Shown here piece after piece: positions 9,885 to 19,221 of a stretch of 64,000 nucleotides of DNA. How positions within the stretch are numbered: the first letter of the stretch is position 1; the number at the start of each line of letters is the position of its first letter. The notes beneath the pieces are model-generated. The model searched no databases and was not told the origin of the DNA. It saw only the letters and a list, made by a program, of their open reading frames with translations. This DNA is from a virus (taxonomy: Duplodnaviria > Caudoviricetes): IMG/VR virus record IMGVR_UViG_3300043432_000237, positions 32,001 to 96,000 of that record; one strand, 5' to 3'. A program made the position numbers and the translations under genes.

Positions 9885-10223
9885 GTGATCTACTCACAGT
9901 GGAAGCCCGACACGGGGCGCTACGAGTACTACGAGTCGGCCGAGCGCTACGCGCGCGGCGACGATCTGCCGGTGCCGCGCCTGCGTGCCACCTCTCCAAT
10001 CGGTGTGCCCAGCACCGAGATCGGTCGCACGCCGACCCAGGCTCTGCGGCGCGTGGGCGAGGGCGAGCATGCCCGCGGCATGATCCTGCCGCTCAGTCGC
10101 GTGGGGCTGCTCGGCAGCACGACGCTCGACAGCATCCCGACCTGGGTGTGGGTGGGGCTGGGCGTGGCGGCGGGGTACGTCTTGTCGCGTCCCATCGCCA
10201 AGATGCTGAGGAGCGCGCTGTGA
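9885..10223 (+). CDS. Tail-anchored membrane protein
   Basis: SD GAGGAG, GTG start; GLLGS then TM WVWVGLGVAAGYVL. Confidence 0.65.
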   Translation: MIYSQWKPDTGRYEYYESAERYARGDDLPVPRLRATSPIGVPSTEIGRTPTQALRRVGEGEHARGMILPLSRVGLLGSTTLDSIPTWVWVGLGVAAGYVLSRPIAKMLRSAL

Positions 10224-10795
10224 GTCGACGCTACGTCGTCAACCGCGCCGAGTCGTTCGAGGCGGCCAAGCGCATCCGGGAGACGTTCCAGGACGCCCCC
10301 ATGCGCCGGCAGACCCCTGTGCCCTGGCAGTGGCCGAGCAGCATGCAAGAGGTGGGGATCTGCATTGGCGTCATGTACGCCTCCAACAAGTGGCAGTCCA
10401 ACCCGCGCACGCTGGTCGACTACAAGCACCTTGCCGAAGGTCCGCAGCGCCTCTACGTGCGCCGCGGTTTTCTGCGCGAGCACAAGACTCCCGAGCGCCA
10501 GCTGCGCGTCTGTGGCCCGATGGTGCCGCTCGACAAGCCGATGCCCACCGCGTTCGCGGAGCTGGCCAAGATCTTGGGCATCCAAGCCCAGCTCTATCAG
10601 GGCACCAACGAGCGCTTCGTGGTGCCCGAGGGCGACGAGCACATCTACCAGGTCAACATTCCCCGCGCGCACCTGGGGGCGGCCAAGCACCCCAAGACAG
10701 GTGAGACGTTCTTGCTGGTCTACAACGCCGACGGTGTTCACTGCATCATCTGCGGTGATGAGCTGGACGTCGAGAAGGACGGCATCGTGGGATGA
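10220..10795 (+). CDS. Hypothetical structural-region protein
   Basis: GTGA overlap start; soluble beta-rich protein with YVVN near N-terminus. Confidence 0.65.
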   Translation: MSRRYVVNRAESFEAAKRIRETFQDAPMRRQTPVPWQWPSSMQEVGICIGVMYASNKWQSNPRTLVDYKHLAEGPQRLYVRRGFLREHKTPERQLRVCGPMVPLDKPMPTAFAELAKILGIQAQLYQGTNERFVVPEGDEHIYQVNIPRAHLGAAKHPKTGETFLLVYNADGVHCIICGDELDVEKDGIVG

Positions 10796-11106
10796 GCTAC
10801 GTCGTGGCCCGCCCGCAGAAGAGCCTCGGCGTCGTCCCGGGAGGACAGAACTTGTGGCTTGGACTCGCACTGTCAGTGGTCCTGCTGTACGTGTTCCGCG
10901 CGGAGCTGTTCGGTGGTGTGTCCACCGCGGGCTGGTACGTGGAGCTGTACGAGTATCCGGTGGGCCACCGGGAGCGTCGCATCAAGCTGGTGGAGGGACC
11001 GTTCGAGAGCAAGCGTGAGGCGAACGAAGTCGCGCGCGAGAACGACGACGTCTGGTATCCGCGCGTGGTCTACCGTGAGCGCGCGTACACGGAAGAGGAC
11101 TTCTGA
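10792..11106 (+). CDS. Small membrane protein with SPOR-like C-terminus
   Basis: KSLGV, TM, then GPFESKREANEVAR. Confidence 0.55.
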   Translation: MSYVVARPQKSLGVVPGGQNLWLGLALSVVLLYVFRAELFGGVSTAGWYVELYEYPVGHRERRIKLVEGPFESKREANEVARENDDVWYPRVVYRERAYTEEDF

Positions 11107-12209
11107 TGGCCTACACCGCAATGAACCTGCAACCGATGGGCAAACAGATCATTGCCCGCGGCGGTTCGACCGACAGCTCCAGCATGCAGGTCTACGCACA
11201 GACGGCCGGCGCGATCGGTGGCGCCGCGATCTGCGCAGCCAGCGGTGCGGGCGCCGTGGCTGCTTCGATCTGTGCCCAGGTGGGCGGCGCAATCGTCAAG
11301 GTCATCGCGGGCAACATCGGCACCCCGGCCACGTCAGGCAACGCCTACGGCTTGTTCAATTTGTGGAAGGACGCCATGGTGCCGCAGGCGCGCATCGCCC
11401 AGGAGGGTTCGATGGCGGTGCGCGCGTACCTGACCATGCGCGATCAGCTGATCGACGAGCTGGCCCAGCAGCTGCGCCCGTTGCAGTCTGTGGAGTCAGG
11501 TAGGGCCTGGGCCGACGCTCGTCTGAGTCAGCTGGGCTTGCCGCCCGCACCCGTGTTGCCGCAGTGGGCGCCCCGTGACGACCTCTGGCAGGCCTACAAG
11601 GACAACCAGGTCTGGAGCAAGAATCCGCTCGGAGATCCTCCGACGTGGAAGTCGTCGCTGACGACGCCACTCTTCCCGACCAAGAACTACTGCACCTACG
11701 GCGAGATCTGGGGCTACCAGAGTCCGTCCATCAATCAGCTGCGCGACAAGGTCGGGCTGAGCTGCTCAGATCTGTTGTTGCTCTGGCTCTACCCGATGGG
11801 CGCTCCTGCACCGCCGGGTGAGCCGATCAACTGGGCCATGGTGGGCGCCTGGGAGCTGGCGCAGCGCTTCACGCAGCTGAGCATGATCAGTATCCCAGTG
11901 CACCAGGCGAGCGCCGTGCGCGTCGTCCGCCCCGGCGTGAAGGTGACGCAGCTGCCGTACAAGAGTCCGCAGCAGGTCGTGACGGCCACGGTGACTCCGT
12001 CGCAGCATGCCACGCTGTTGGTGCTCAACCTGCAAGAGGCCAGCGCGAAGCTCAAGCAAGAGGTCAAGGCCCGCTTGGCTTCGTCAGCTGCCGTGGCGCT
12101 CGTCCAGCTGCGCACCGAAAGTGATCGCAAGCTCACGTGGGCTGTCGCAGCTGGCGTACTGGGCGTCGGCGCTGCCGGCTACTGGTGGCACCGACGCAGC
12201 AAGCGATGA
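11106..12209 (+). CDS. Tail-anchored membrane protein with Gly/Ala-rich N-terminal hairpin
   Basis: AGAIGGAAICAASGAGAVAASICAQVGGAI segment; C-terminal TM plus HRRSKR. Confidence 0.7.
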   Translation: MAYTAMNLQPMGKQIIARGGSTDSSSMQVYAQTAGAIGGAAICAASGAGAVAASICAQVGGAIVKVIAGNIGTPATSGNAYGLFNLWKDAMVPQARIAQEGSMAVRAYLTMRDQLIDELAQQLRPLQSVESGRAWADARLSQLGLPPAPVLPQWAPRDDLWQAYKDNQVWSKNPLGDPPTWKSSLTTPLFPTKNYCTYGEIWGYQSPSINQLRDKVGLSCSDLLLLWLYPMGAPAPPGEPINWAMVGAWELAQRFTQLSMISIPVHQASAVRVVRPGVKVTQLPYKSPQQVVTATVTPSQHATLLVLNLQEASAKLKQEVKARLASSAAVALVQLRTESDRKLTWAVAAGVLGVGAAGYWWHRRSKR

Positions 12210-12399
12210 ACGTCTTGCCGCCGCGTTTCCCGTACTTGGGGACCGCACAAAAAGCGAACGCCGGGCGATCACTCCCGGCGCACGCAGCGCCCCACCTGAA
12301 GCAGGCAGGTAGGACATGAACAAGATACACGACCAGTACCTCACGAACCAGGCGCAAATTAGCCTGAAAAATAGGCCTGTCGGGCACGTGTGTGAAAAA

Positions 12400-12429
12400 T
12401 TGACGAGCTGCCCGCCTCCCCGCTAGGGT
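12400..12429 (+). promoter_or_regulatory. Sigma70-like promoter upstream of core/capsid genes
   Basis: TTGACG-N18-TAGGGT preceded by A-tract in a long intergenic gap. Confidence 0.45.
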
Positions 12430-12496
12430 GCTCTTCAGTAACGGAATCCCAGGTTGGTCCGGAACCACTTGGCCTGCTCCGCGACAGCGGTGAGGT

Positions 12497-14287
12497 GTGC
12501 CCAAGATGCCCGGAACCATCGGACGAGCGTTCAAGATCAGCAGCAAGCAGGCGAAGAGCTACGGCTACGCCCGCCCCAACCCTGGCGTGACGGCCATCGC
12601 CGCCGTCAACGGCCGCGGGTCCTACACCGCGCGCACGGCCATGACGGGTCGCAGCGCTGCCGGTCGCCTGTCGCACGCGCGCAACGCGACTCGTCGCCAG
12701 CTGAGCGCGGCCGACCGCGCCGCGTTCGCCAAGCGCATGCGCGACGCGCGCCAGCGCAAGATGACCGGCAACATGTCCCGCTCTGCGGCGGGCAAGAAGA
12801 ACATCAAGCGCGCCATCGCCACCCGTAAGGCATGGGGTCGCAGTCTGCAGCGCGGGCACCGGTATCGCGTCGGCGCCGCCGCTTACGGAAAGTCACCCGG
12901 GGCCGCCAAAAAGCTGTCTCCGGGCGTCTACACAGCAAATCGGAGGACAAGAATGCTCAGGAAAAATCGCACCACCGCACGTCGGCGGGGGCGGGTTCTC
13001 CGGAAGAGCCGCAAGGCGCGCCGGATGACCAGCAACCCGAAGGCGCGTCGCACGACTCGCCGCCGCCGGAAGAAGACCACCGCAGCCGCCGCGCCGAAGC
13101 GCCGCCGTCGGGTGAAGCGCCGCCGCAAGGCGACCGCTCGCAAGACGCCGGTGCGCCGTCGCCGCCGCCGCAAGGCCAAGGCCAGCTCGGCAACCCCGAA
13201 GCGTCGCCGTCGGGTGAAGCGCAAGAGCCGCAAGGCGAGCGCTCGCAAGTCGCCGGTGCGTCGTCGTCGTCGCCGCAAGGCCAAGGCCAGCTCGGCCGCG
13301 CCGAAGCGTCGCCGCCGCGTGAAGCGCCGCAAGGGTCGCAAGGCGAAGGCCATGTCGCCCAACCGTCGCCGCCGGGTGAAGCACCGCCGCAACCGTCGCC
13401 GGTCCGGCCGTCGCCTGGGGATGTTCCGCCGCAATCAGGGCTTCATGACCACCCTCAAGGAGGGCGCGAAGGTCGGCCTGATCGTGTTCGCGGGCGTCGC
13501 GGCCCACAAGGCCGCCACCAAGCTCCTGACCGAGCTGGTGCTGGACAAGTTCCTCGGCGCCGCTGCCACCCCGGCCACCCCGCCGGCTCCGGCCGCGGTT
13601 TCGGGACTCGAAGTCCTGCAGCCCTACAAGAAGATCATCGCGGGCATCGCGGTTGCCGGTCTCGGCAGCTTCGCAGCCAACGCCGTGATCAAGGACCAAG
13701 AGACCAAGAAGTACGCCATCGCCGGCATGTGGGGCTCGCTCCTGCACACCGTCATCGTGGACCTCTTGGCCGCCTTCGGTGGAGCCACCGGTGGCAAGGT
13801 TGCGCAGTACCTGTCGGGCTACGACGACAGCACCGCGTACTCCCTCGGCGCTTCGATCATGCCGATGTACCGCCCCGTGGGCGAGTACTTCGATCAGGGC
13901 ATGGGCGAGTACTTCGAGGGCGCCACGGCCGGTCTCGGCAACTACGGCATGAACGGCGACATCTACCAGGCGCAAGCCGGGTACGGCGCCATGCCGGACT
14001 CGAACTCGGGCCACATCGATCCGTCCAGCGACCTCGACCGCGAGCTGACCCTCGCGGAAGCGGCAGCGGGCGTCGGTGCTCTGCCGTCGTACGAAGCAGC
14101 CGCCGGTCTCGGCGACTTCATCGGCAACGGCCACAAGGCGATCGGGTCGCGTTCCACCTGGATCCCGGGTGAGACGAACCCCGGCACCTGGGCACCGGTG
14201 ACCAGCGTCAGCCGCGGCCAGGCCGCGACGGCCATGGTCCCGGCCGGCATCCTGCAGACCGGTGGAGGCTCGGGCGTCTTCGGCTGA
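12497..14287 (+). CDS. Protamine-like Arg/Lys-rich core protein precursor fused to a membrane domain
   Basis: About 300 aa extremely basic N-half, hydrophobic helices, Gly-rich tail with GEYF/GLGNY/GLGDF; directly upstream of capsid candidates. Confidence 0.75.
   Translation: MPKMPGTIGRAFKISSKQAKSYGYARPNPGVTAIAAVNGRGSYTARTAMTGRSAAGRLSHARNATRRQLSAADRAAFAKRMRDARQRKMTGNMSRSAAGKKNIKRAIATRKAWGRSLQRGHRYRVGAAAYGKSPGAAKKLSPGVYTANRRTRMLRKNRTTARRRGRVLRKSRKARRMTSNPKARRTTRRRRKKTTAAAAPKRRRRVKRRRKATARKTPVRRRRRRKAKASSATPKRRRRVKRKSRKASARKSPVRRRRRRKAKASSAAPKRRRRVKRRKGRKAKAMSPNRRRRVKHRRNRRRSGRRLGMFRRNQGFMTTLKEGAKVGLIVFAGVAAHKAATKLLTELVLDKFLGAAATPATPPAPAAVSGLEVLQPYKKIIAGIAVAGLGSFAANAVIKDQETKKYAIAGMWGSLLHTVIVDLLAAFGGATGGKVAQYLSGYDDSTAYSLGASIMPMYRPVGEYFDQGMGEYFEGATAGLGNYGMNGDIYQAQAGYGAMPDSNSGHIDPSSDLDRELTLAEAAAGVGALPSYEAAAGLGDFIGNGHKAIGSRSTWIPGETNPGTWAPVTSVSRGQAATAMVPAGILQTGGGSGVFG
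13094..13350 (+). repeat. About 2.5 tandem copies of a 34-37 aa basic unit (PKRRRRVKR...RK[TS]PVRRRRRRKAKASSA)
   Basis: Direct repeat visible in DNA and protein. Confidence 0.85.
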
Positions 14288-14340
14288 GCCACACGGGCGA
14301 TGAGCTGAGCGCTTCGTCGGCGCGCAGCGAGGCCCCACGA

Positions 14341-14380
14341 CGAGCCCGGGAGGGTGCGGAAAACCGCATCCCCGGGCTCG
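14341..14380 (+). other. Strong intergenic hairpin upstream of major capsid candidate
   Basis: CGAGCCCGGG.GGGTGCGG-AAAA-CCGCATCCCCGGGCTCG. Confidence 0.7.
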
Positions 14381-14468
14381 ACGTGTCGAAAGAGGACGAG
14401 AGGAACCACGCCTCTCAAAAAATGGTGCTCGCGCTTTGCGGGCAGTAGTCCTCAGGAGAACAAGGACC

Positions 14469-15221
14469 ATGGCAAAAGTAGTTTCCATTCGCGAGCGCGT
14501 TCACCAGCCCTTCTACGACACCCTCGTCCGCACGGCGGGTCTCACGGCCGGTGCGCTCACCGACAACACCTCCCTCTTCACCAGCAACGGTGCACGCACC
14601 GAGGCGACGACCAACCTGATCAACGGCGCCACGCTGCCCTCCGATCAGAGCCACGTCGTGCTCGCGCTCCGCGTCTTCACCTGGTACCGCAACCCGCGCC
14701 TGCGCGTGGCCGGTGCCGGTGCCGGCGAGATCGCGCAGAACGGTGACTACAACTTGCTGGCCCCCTGGCTCGCGGGCGGCGCGGCCGTCGGCCAGGCCCC
14801 CGGTCAGGTGCAGGACGTGTACCGCCTGCACTGGCAGACCGAGGAGCAGCTGCACTGGTCGTTCGGGACCGGGCTCAAGAACTCGATCGACAACATGCCG
14901 ACCTGGTACTTCCCGGCGGGCGGCGGCATCTCGGGCGACATGGGTGGGACGACCGACCTCATCCACTGGCAGAACTCGGGCTACGACGGGCACGCCGGCA
15001 TCCTGCGGCTCGCTCGCGCCGTCCTGATTCCGCCTCGCCAGAACATCCTGTGCCAGGCCAAGGTCTTCGCCCTCCCGAACGCGGGTCAGGCGGTCACCTT
15101 CGGCACGACCCAGGGTGCGCGCGACATGCTCAACCTCCGCGACAACCTGAACGCCATCGACGCGATCGGGAAGTGCGTGATGTTCTGCTTCGACGGCCTC
15201 TTCTCGCGCGACGTTCAGTGA
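14469..15221 (+). CDS. Candidate major capsid protein (single jelly-roll type)
   Basis: Strong SD, biased codons, flanking hairpins; HQPFYDT...LF...TNL..GATLPSDQS motif and beta-strand pattern ending MFCFDGL. Confidence 0.6.
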   Translation: MAKVVSIRERVHQPFYDTLVRTAGLTAGALTDNTSLFTSNGARTEATTNLINGATLPSDQSHVVLALRVFTWYRNPRLRVAGAGAGEIAQNGDYNLLAPWLAGGAAVGQAPGQVQDVYRLHWQTEEQLHWSFGTGLKNSIDNMPTWYFPAGGGISGDMGGTTDLIHWQNSGYDGHAGILRLARAVLIPPRQNILCQAKVFALPNAGQAVTFGTTQGARDMLNLRDNLNAIDAIGKCVMFCFDGLFSRDVQ

Positions 15222-15230
15222 TCCCACACG

Positions 15231-15354
15231 CGCCGGTGGGGGTCCTCTCCGGCCCCCTCCGGCGTTCGTCTGCTCCCGAAGAGCGTGGCACGAGCGGCGC
15301 CGCGCTGGCAGCCCAAGCCGCTACGGGATCTGGTTCGCCAGGTCTCGTAGCGGC
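15231..15354 (+). other. Hairpins downstream of capsid gene (stabiliser or attenuator)
   Basis: CGCCGG..GGGG/CCCC..CCGGCG and GCCGCTACGGGATCTGG-TTCG-CCAGGTCTCGTAGCGGC (15317-15354). Confidence 0.65.
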
Positions 15355-15414
15355 CCGCTCAGACCCTTTGATCCTCAACTCCCAGCCCTCGCCTGAGCGA
15401 GCACGGGGTTTCCC

Positions 15415-16365
15415 ATGAACGTCAATCAGCAGCTCTTGAACCAGCTCAACGCCGCGGCGCAGAACGCCCGCGTCGCATTCGAGCGCGCCGCCCGCGCCGA
15501 ACAGCAGGGCCAGGCCTTGTACGCCCAGGCATCGCAGCTCGCCGGTGAGCTGGAGGCCATGAAGCGCGTCGTCGCCAACCTCGAAGTCTCGCGCTCCGGC
15601 GCTCCGGCTTCCATCCAGCGGGTGGAGAACATCCCGGGCCGACGCATCCCGTTCGATGCACTGGTCGACATCGCCATCGGTGACTCGGTGCAGTCGGTGC
15701 AGCAGGGCTCGATCACCATCTCGCAGGAAGGCCCGTTCGTGGGCGTCAGCCGCGTGATGGCGCTGCTCAGCACGTTCGAGTTCCAGTACCGCGATCCGGT
15801 CTCGGGCGCCGCCAGCGCCTTCCAGGGTCGCTCCTACGGCCGCTACCGTCCCGCGCACAGCGCCTGGGACCTGAACGACAGCATGGTCTCGCCGCAGGTC
15901 TCGCAGGCCGTGGGCTTCCCCGGCACCGGCGCGCCGCACGTGACCAGCCCCGGCACGGCGTCCAGCTTCCGCTCGATGGAGGGCGACTTCCGCATCATCG
16001 TCGAGAACGCCGGCTCCAGCTTCCCGCGCTCGAACCAGGAGGTCCCCTCGGCGTTCTGGTCGCGCGCCATCAACGAGCCCTTCGAGCTGGGCGCGCTCGA
16101 CGTCTTCGAGCGTGGCGAGGTCATCGTCTTCAAGGTGCTGCCGCTGCACCCGAACAACCCGAGCTACGGCAACCTGAGCGCGTTCGGCGCGCCCAACGCC
16201 AGCTTCCCGTTCGTGACGGCCGGCTTCGATGCCGTCGAGGGCGTCAACGACCAGAACGACGCGAACGCCTCCACGACCGATCCCGTGACGCGCCTGGCGA
16301 ACGCCATCGTCACGATCGGCTACCACGGCTACCGCATCATCCAGCAGCCGGGTCTGCCGGGCTGA
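15415..16365 (+). CDS. Candidate second capsid protein (coiled coil plus jelly-roll)
   Basis: N-terminal coiled coil; SITISQEGPFV; ends VFERGEVIVFKV...IGYHGYRI. Confidence 0.55.
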   Translation: MNVNQQLLNQLNAAAQNARVAFERAARAEQQGQALYAQASQLAGELEAMKRVVANLEVSRSGAPASIQRVENIPGRRIPFDALVDIAIGDSVQSVQQGSITISQEGPFVGVSRVMALLSTFEFQYRDPVSGAASAFQGRSYGRYRPAHSAWDLNDSMVSPQVSQAVGFPGTGAPHVTSPGTASSFRSMEGDFRIIVENAGSSFPRSNQEVPSAFWSRAINEPFELGALDVFERGEVIVFKVLPLHPNNPSYGNLSAFGAPNASFPFVTAGFDAVEGVNDQNDANASTTDPVTRLANAIVTIGYHGYRIIQQPGLPG

Positions 16366-16436
16366 GGCGTGCCGACCGAGAGGGTCACCGGAGGGATTGC
16401 GAGCCTCCGGTGGCCATTTCGAGGTAGGCTCACACC

Positions 16437-17312
16437 ATGACGGACTACCGCAACCAGCTGTCGTCAGCCTTCCAGCTCCCGAGCATGGGTCATGTGCCGC
16501 GCGACGCCGGAGGCCCGCTCGGTCCCGGTGGTGGAGCGCACCCTGCGCCGAGCGCTCAGGCTGCGCCGCACCCGGAGCCCGCGCCGGACTTCGTGCGCAC
16601 GGTCGCAGCCGGCGGCGCGCTGCCCGAGCTGTTGCTGCACCCGACCTTCCTGCCCTTCGAGAACTTGTTCCGGCGGCTGCCGGAGGAGGCGATGTTCAAC
16701 GCCTCGCCCGACCGCCCCTACAAGTTCGAGCTGGGCGCGTTCGAGGTCCCCAAGAACCAGGCGCTCCTGCTCGCCGACTTTCGGTTCGCGCTGCATCGCT
16801 TGAGCGGCGCCGCCGCCTCCGACACGGTGCCGATGGAGCCCGAGCGGCTGAGCATGCTGCTGGCGTTCGATCTCACGATCGCCAACAACCGCAAGGCGCA
16901 GCTGCGCATGGAGATCGATCCGGTCACCATCCAGGCACAGAAGGAAGCCTTCCAGAGCCAGGTGTCGGGCGGCACGATCTTCCCCGGCGCGCGCACGGGC
17001 GGCTCTGCGCTCAGCCCGGCCAACAACCTGCAGTACGCGCTCTCGCGCTTCGCGCAGTCGGTGGTGCCGGGTGGCCTGGGCCTCTCGGGCTTGCCGAACC
17101 GCCCGCGCCGCCTGGGCGCCGAAGACTTGCCCTTCACGATGGTCGCCGTCGAGACCCAGCGCGTCCAAGCGAGCTGCGTGGTCTTCCGGCCCATCCCCAT
17201 CCCGATCGCGTTCTTCCAGTGCGACATTTCGGGAGTGCTGATGAGCATGAACACGATGCGCGCGCTCTTCGATGCAGTGAAACCTGCCGTCGAGCGTGGA
17301 GGCATCCGATGA
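16437..17312 (+). CDS. Candidate third jelly-roll structural protein
   Basis: ELGAFEVPKNQALLLADFRF; ends QRVQASCVVFR...QCDISGVLM; capsid gene context. Confidence 0.5.
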   Translation: MTDYRNQLSSAFQLPSMGHVPRDAGGPLGPGGGAHPAPSAQAAPHPEPAPDFVRTVAAGGALPELLLHPTFLPFENLFRRLPEEAMFNASPDRPYKFELGAFEVPKNQALLLADFRFALHRLSGAAASDTVPMEPERLSMLLAFDLTIANNRKAQLRMEIDPVTIQAQKEAFQSQVSGGTIFPGARTGGSALSPANNLQYALSRFAQSVVPGGLGLSGLPNRPRRLGAEDLPFTMVAVETQRVQASCVVFRPIPIPIAFFQCDISGVLMSMNTMRALFDAVKPAVERGGIR

Positions 17313-17430
17313 CTTGGGAAAGCGACCGGCCCATGGAGCCCGCGAGCGTTGCAGCGGATCGGACAACTGCTGCAGCGAGCACGAGCCTTCCGGCTTGGGC
17401 CGGTCGTTTCTCCATTCGTGAGGTGAGCTG

Positions 17431-18180
17431 ATGGCCCTGGGAGCATATTTCCGAGCAGTCGAGAGTCAGCCGATCCCGGAGCCGCAGCTGGACGGGCTGG
17501 GCTCGCAGGATCAGTTCGCGGTCGAGGCGTTGCAGGAGCTGCTGGAGGCACAGGGTATCCGGCCTGCGGCGGCGATGGCGCCCTGGGGCATCCAGGAGGG
17601 CAGCGTCGACTGGCAAGCCGAGCACCCGGACCACAGCCTGCTGCTGTATCCGATCAGCGATGGCCTGCTGACGCAGGTCGAGAAGTCGACCTTCGGCATG
17701 CCCGTGCCGGCCGTCGCGATCTTGACCACCACGCCCGTCGTGCTGGCCAAGGCGCGCGAGGCCTACGACGATACGCCGTACCGCTTTCACGCCGTCGAGG
17801 GCGTCTACCGCCTGGACGACAAGAAGCCGGTGCCGACGATCTACTTCCTCTACTGGGGTCACTACCGCGAGCCCAACGACAGCGGAGGTGGCCGCTCGGC
17901 GCTGCAGAGCGTCGCGTCCATGCTCGGCGGCTCGCTCGTCTTCCCGTTGCAGCTGCCGCGCACCGGCCAGGAGCGCCAGCACCCGTCGGTGACCTTCCAG
18001 CTCGCCCTGGCGGCGCAGCTGAGCGGCCAGCCGGCGGCAGCGCTGCCGCCGACGGCGGTGCCCAGCGCGCTGGCACCCAGTGCCGCCCCGGCGCCTAGCG
18101 CGGCCTGGTGGCTGCTCCCGGTGGTCGGCGGGCTGGCCGCCTATGGCGGCTACCGCTGGTGGAAAGGACGCAAGAGCTGA
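17431..18180 (+). CDS. Tail-anchored membrane protein
   Basis: MALGAYFR, DGLGS; TM plus RWWKGRKS. Confidence 0.7.
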   Translation: MALGAYFRAVESQPIPEPQLDGLGSQDQFAVEALQELLEAQGIRPAAAMAPWGIQEGSVDWQAEHPDHSLLLYPISDGLLTQVEKSTFGMPVPAVAILTTTPVVLAKAREAYDDTPYRFHAVEGVYRLDDKKPVPTIYFLYWGHYREPNDSGGGRSALQSVASMLGGSLVFPLQLPRTGQERQHPSVTFQLALAAQLSGQPAAALPPTAVPSALAPSAAPAPSAAWWLLPVVGGLAAYGGYRWWKGRKS

Positions 18181-18329
18181 TGGCCAAGATCGTTGCTATC
18201 TCGGGCACCGAGCCCCAACCCAACCAGGCGGCACTCATGAGCGCAGCAGCACTCGGATGGACGGTCGTGCTCGGCGTGACCTTCTACATCTTCTGGAGCA
18301 CGGCCAAGCCGGCCCGCAAGCGGAGGTAG
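18180..18329 (+). CDS. Small membrane protein
   Basis: Coupled start; single TM plus KPARKRR. Confidence 0.65.
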   Translation: MAKIVAISGTEPQPNQAALMSAAALGWTVVLGVTFYIFWSTAKPARKRR

Positions 18330-18332
18330 ATC

Positions 18333-18548
18333 ATGATCTCGCTCACCGATCTGGGAACCGTGGCCGACGTCGCCCAACAGGTCGAGGCCAACCCCTTCAT
18401 GCTGGCGGGCCGTCTGATCGGCCTGAGCGGTGACGAGCAGAAGGCGGGCGTGCCGATGTGGGCGTGGGTCTCGCTGGCGTTCGTGGGCGGAGCAGTCGCG
18501 ACGCTGAAGTACGGTCCGCAGATCCGCGCCAAGCTCAAGCAGCTCTGA
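18333..18548 (+). CDS. Small tail-anchored membrane protein
   Basis: SD GGAGG; TDLGT; TM plus basic end. Confidence 0.7.
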   Translation: MISLTDLGTVADVAQQVEANPFMLAGRLIGLSGDEQKAGVPMWAWVSLAFVGGAVATLKYGPQIRAKLKQL

Positions 18549-18600
18549 TTTTTGGAGGTCGAGCAGACCTTTGATAGCGTCGGACCTGGAGCCACTCAAC

Positions 18601-18942
18601 ATGTACCAGCCAACCAGCAAAGCAGACGGGATCTTCTCACACGGTGTGGGTCCGAGCTACGCCTACGGCGCGCAGCGAACGGCGCACGCAGACGGCTCGC
18701 TCGGCGAGTACGCCTACGGCGCGCGCACCTCTTCGTTCGCGGACGGATCACTGGGTGGCTGCAGCAGCTGCTCGGGCATGGGCGCCCTGACGCCCGAGCT
18801 GGCGACCAAGGTGTTGTCCGCGATGCAGCCGCAGTTGCCCGCTGCACCGCCGATGTCACCGGTGGTGCGTGGTCTGCTCATCGGCGGCGGCGTGCTGGTC
18901 GTGGCCGCCATCGGCTACGCCGTGATGAAGAAGAAGGGATGA
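18601..18942 (+). CDS. Tail-anchored protein with internal YAYGA.....ADGSLG repeat
   Basis: Two YAYGA/ADGSLG units, SGMGA, TM plus MKKKG; start may be TTG 18571. Confidence 0.7.
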   Translation: MYQPTSKADGIFSHGVGPSYAYGAQRTAHADGSLGEYAYGARTSSFADGSLGGCSSCSGMGALTPELATKVLSAMQPQLPAAPPMSPVVRGLLIGGGVLVVAAIGYAVMKKKG

Positions 18943-18946
18943 GGTC

Positions 18947-19216
18947 ATGGCGCTAACGAATAGGTGCCTGAGCGGTCTCGGCGCGGCGTTCATCGAGATG
19001 CCCCGCGCCCGCCTCGGGTTCCGCGCGGGCGGCGTGTTCTCGCCGCGCGCTTCGGCCGCCGAGTACAAGCCGAGCCTGGGTGAAGTGCAGGCCGTGACGG
19101 AAAGCGCCAGCTCGATCGAACAGCGCCAGGAGAAGCAGAAGCTGCTGCTGGTGACGAGCCTGGCCAGCCTGGCCGTCGGCGCCGCCATCACCTACGCTGT
19201 GATGAAGAAGAGCTGA
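18947..19216 (+). CDS. Small tail-anchored membrane protein
   Basis: SGLGA, PSLGE; TM plus MKKS. Confidence 0.7.
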   Translation: MALTNRCLSGLGAAFIEMPRARLGFRAGGVFSPRASAAEYKPSLGEVQAVTESASSIEQRQEKQKLLLVTSLASLAVGAAITYAVMKKS

Positions 19217-19221
19217 CCGCC

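Noticed and set aside
13094-13350. Repeats as a possible CRISPR array
   Set aside because: In-frame coding repeats without unique spacers; no cas genes or array seen in the window.
12893-14488. Long antisense and alternative-frame ORFs (e.g. 12893-14488 minus, 50467-51978 minus, 38813-40174 plus, 40528-42150 minus)
   Set aside because: High-GC shadow frames of genes with clear motifs; no SD and low-information Arg/Ala/Gly composition.
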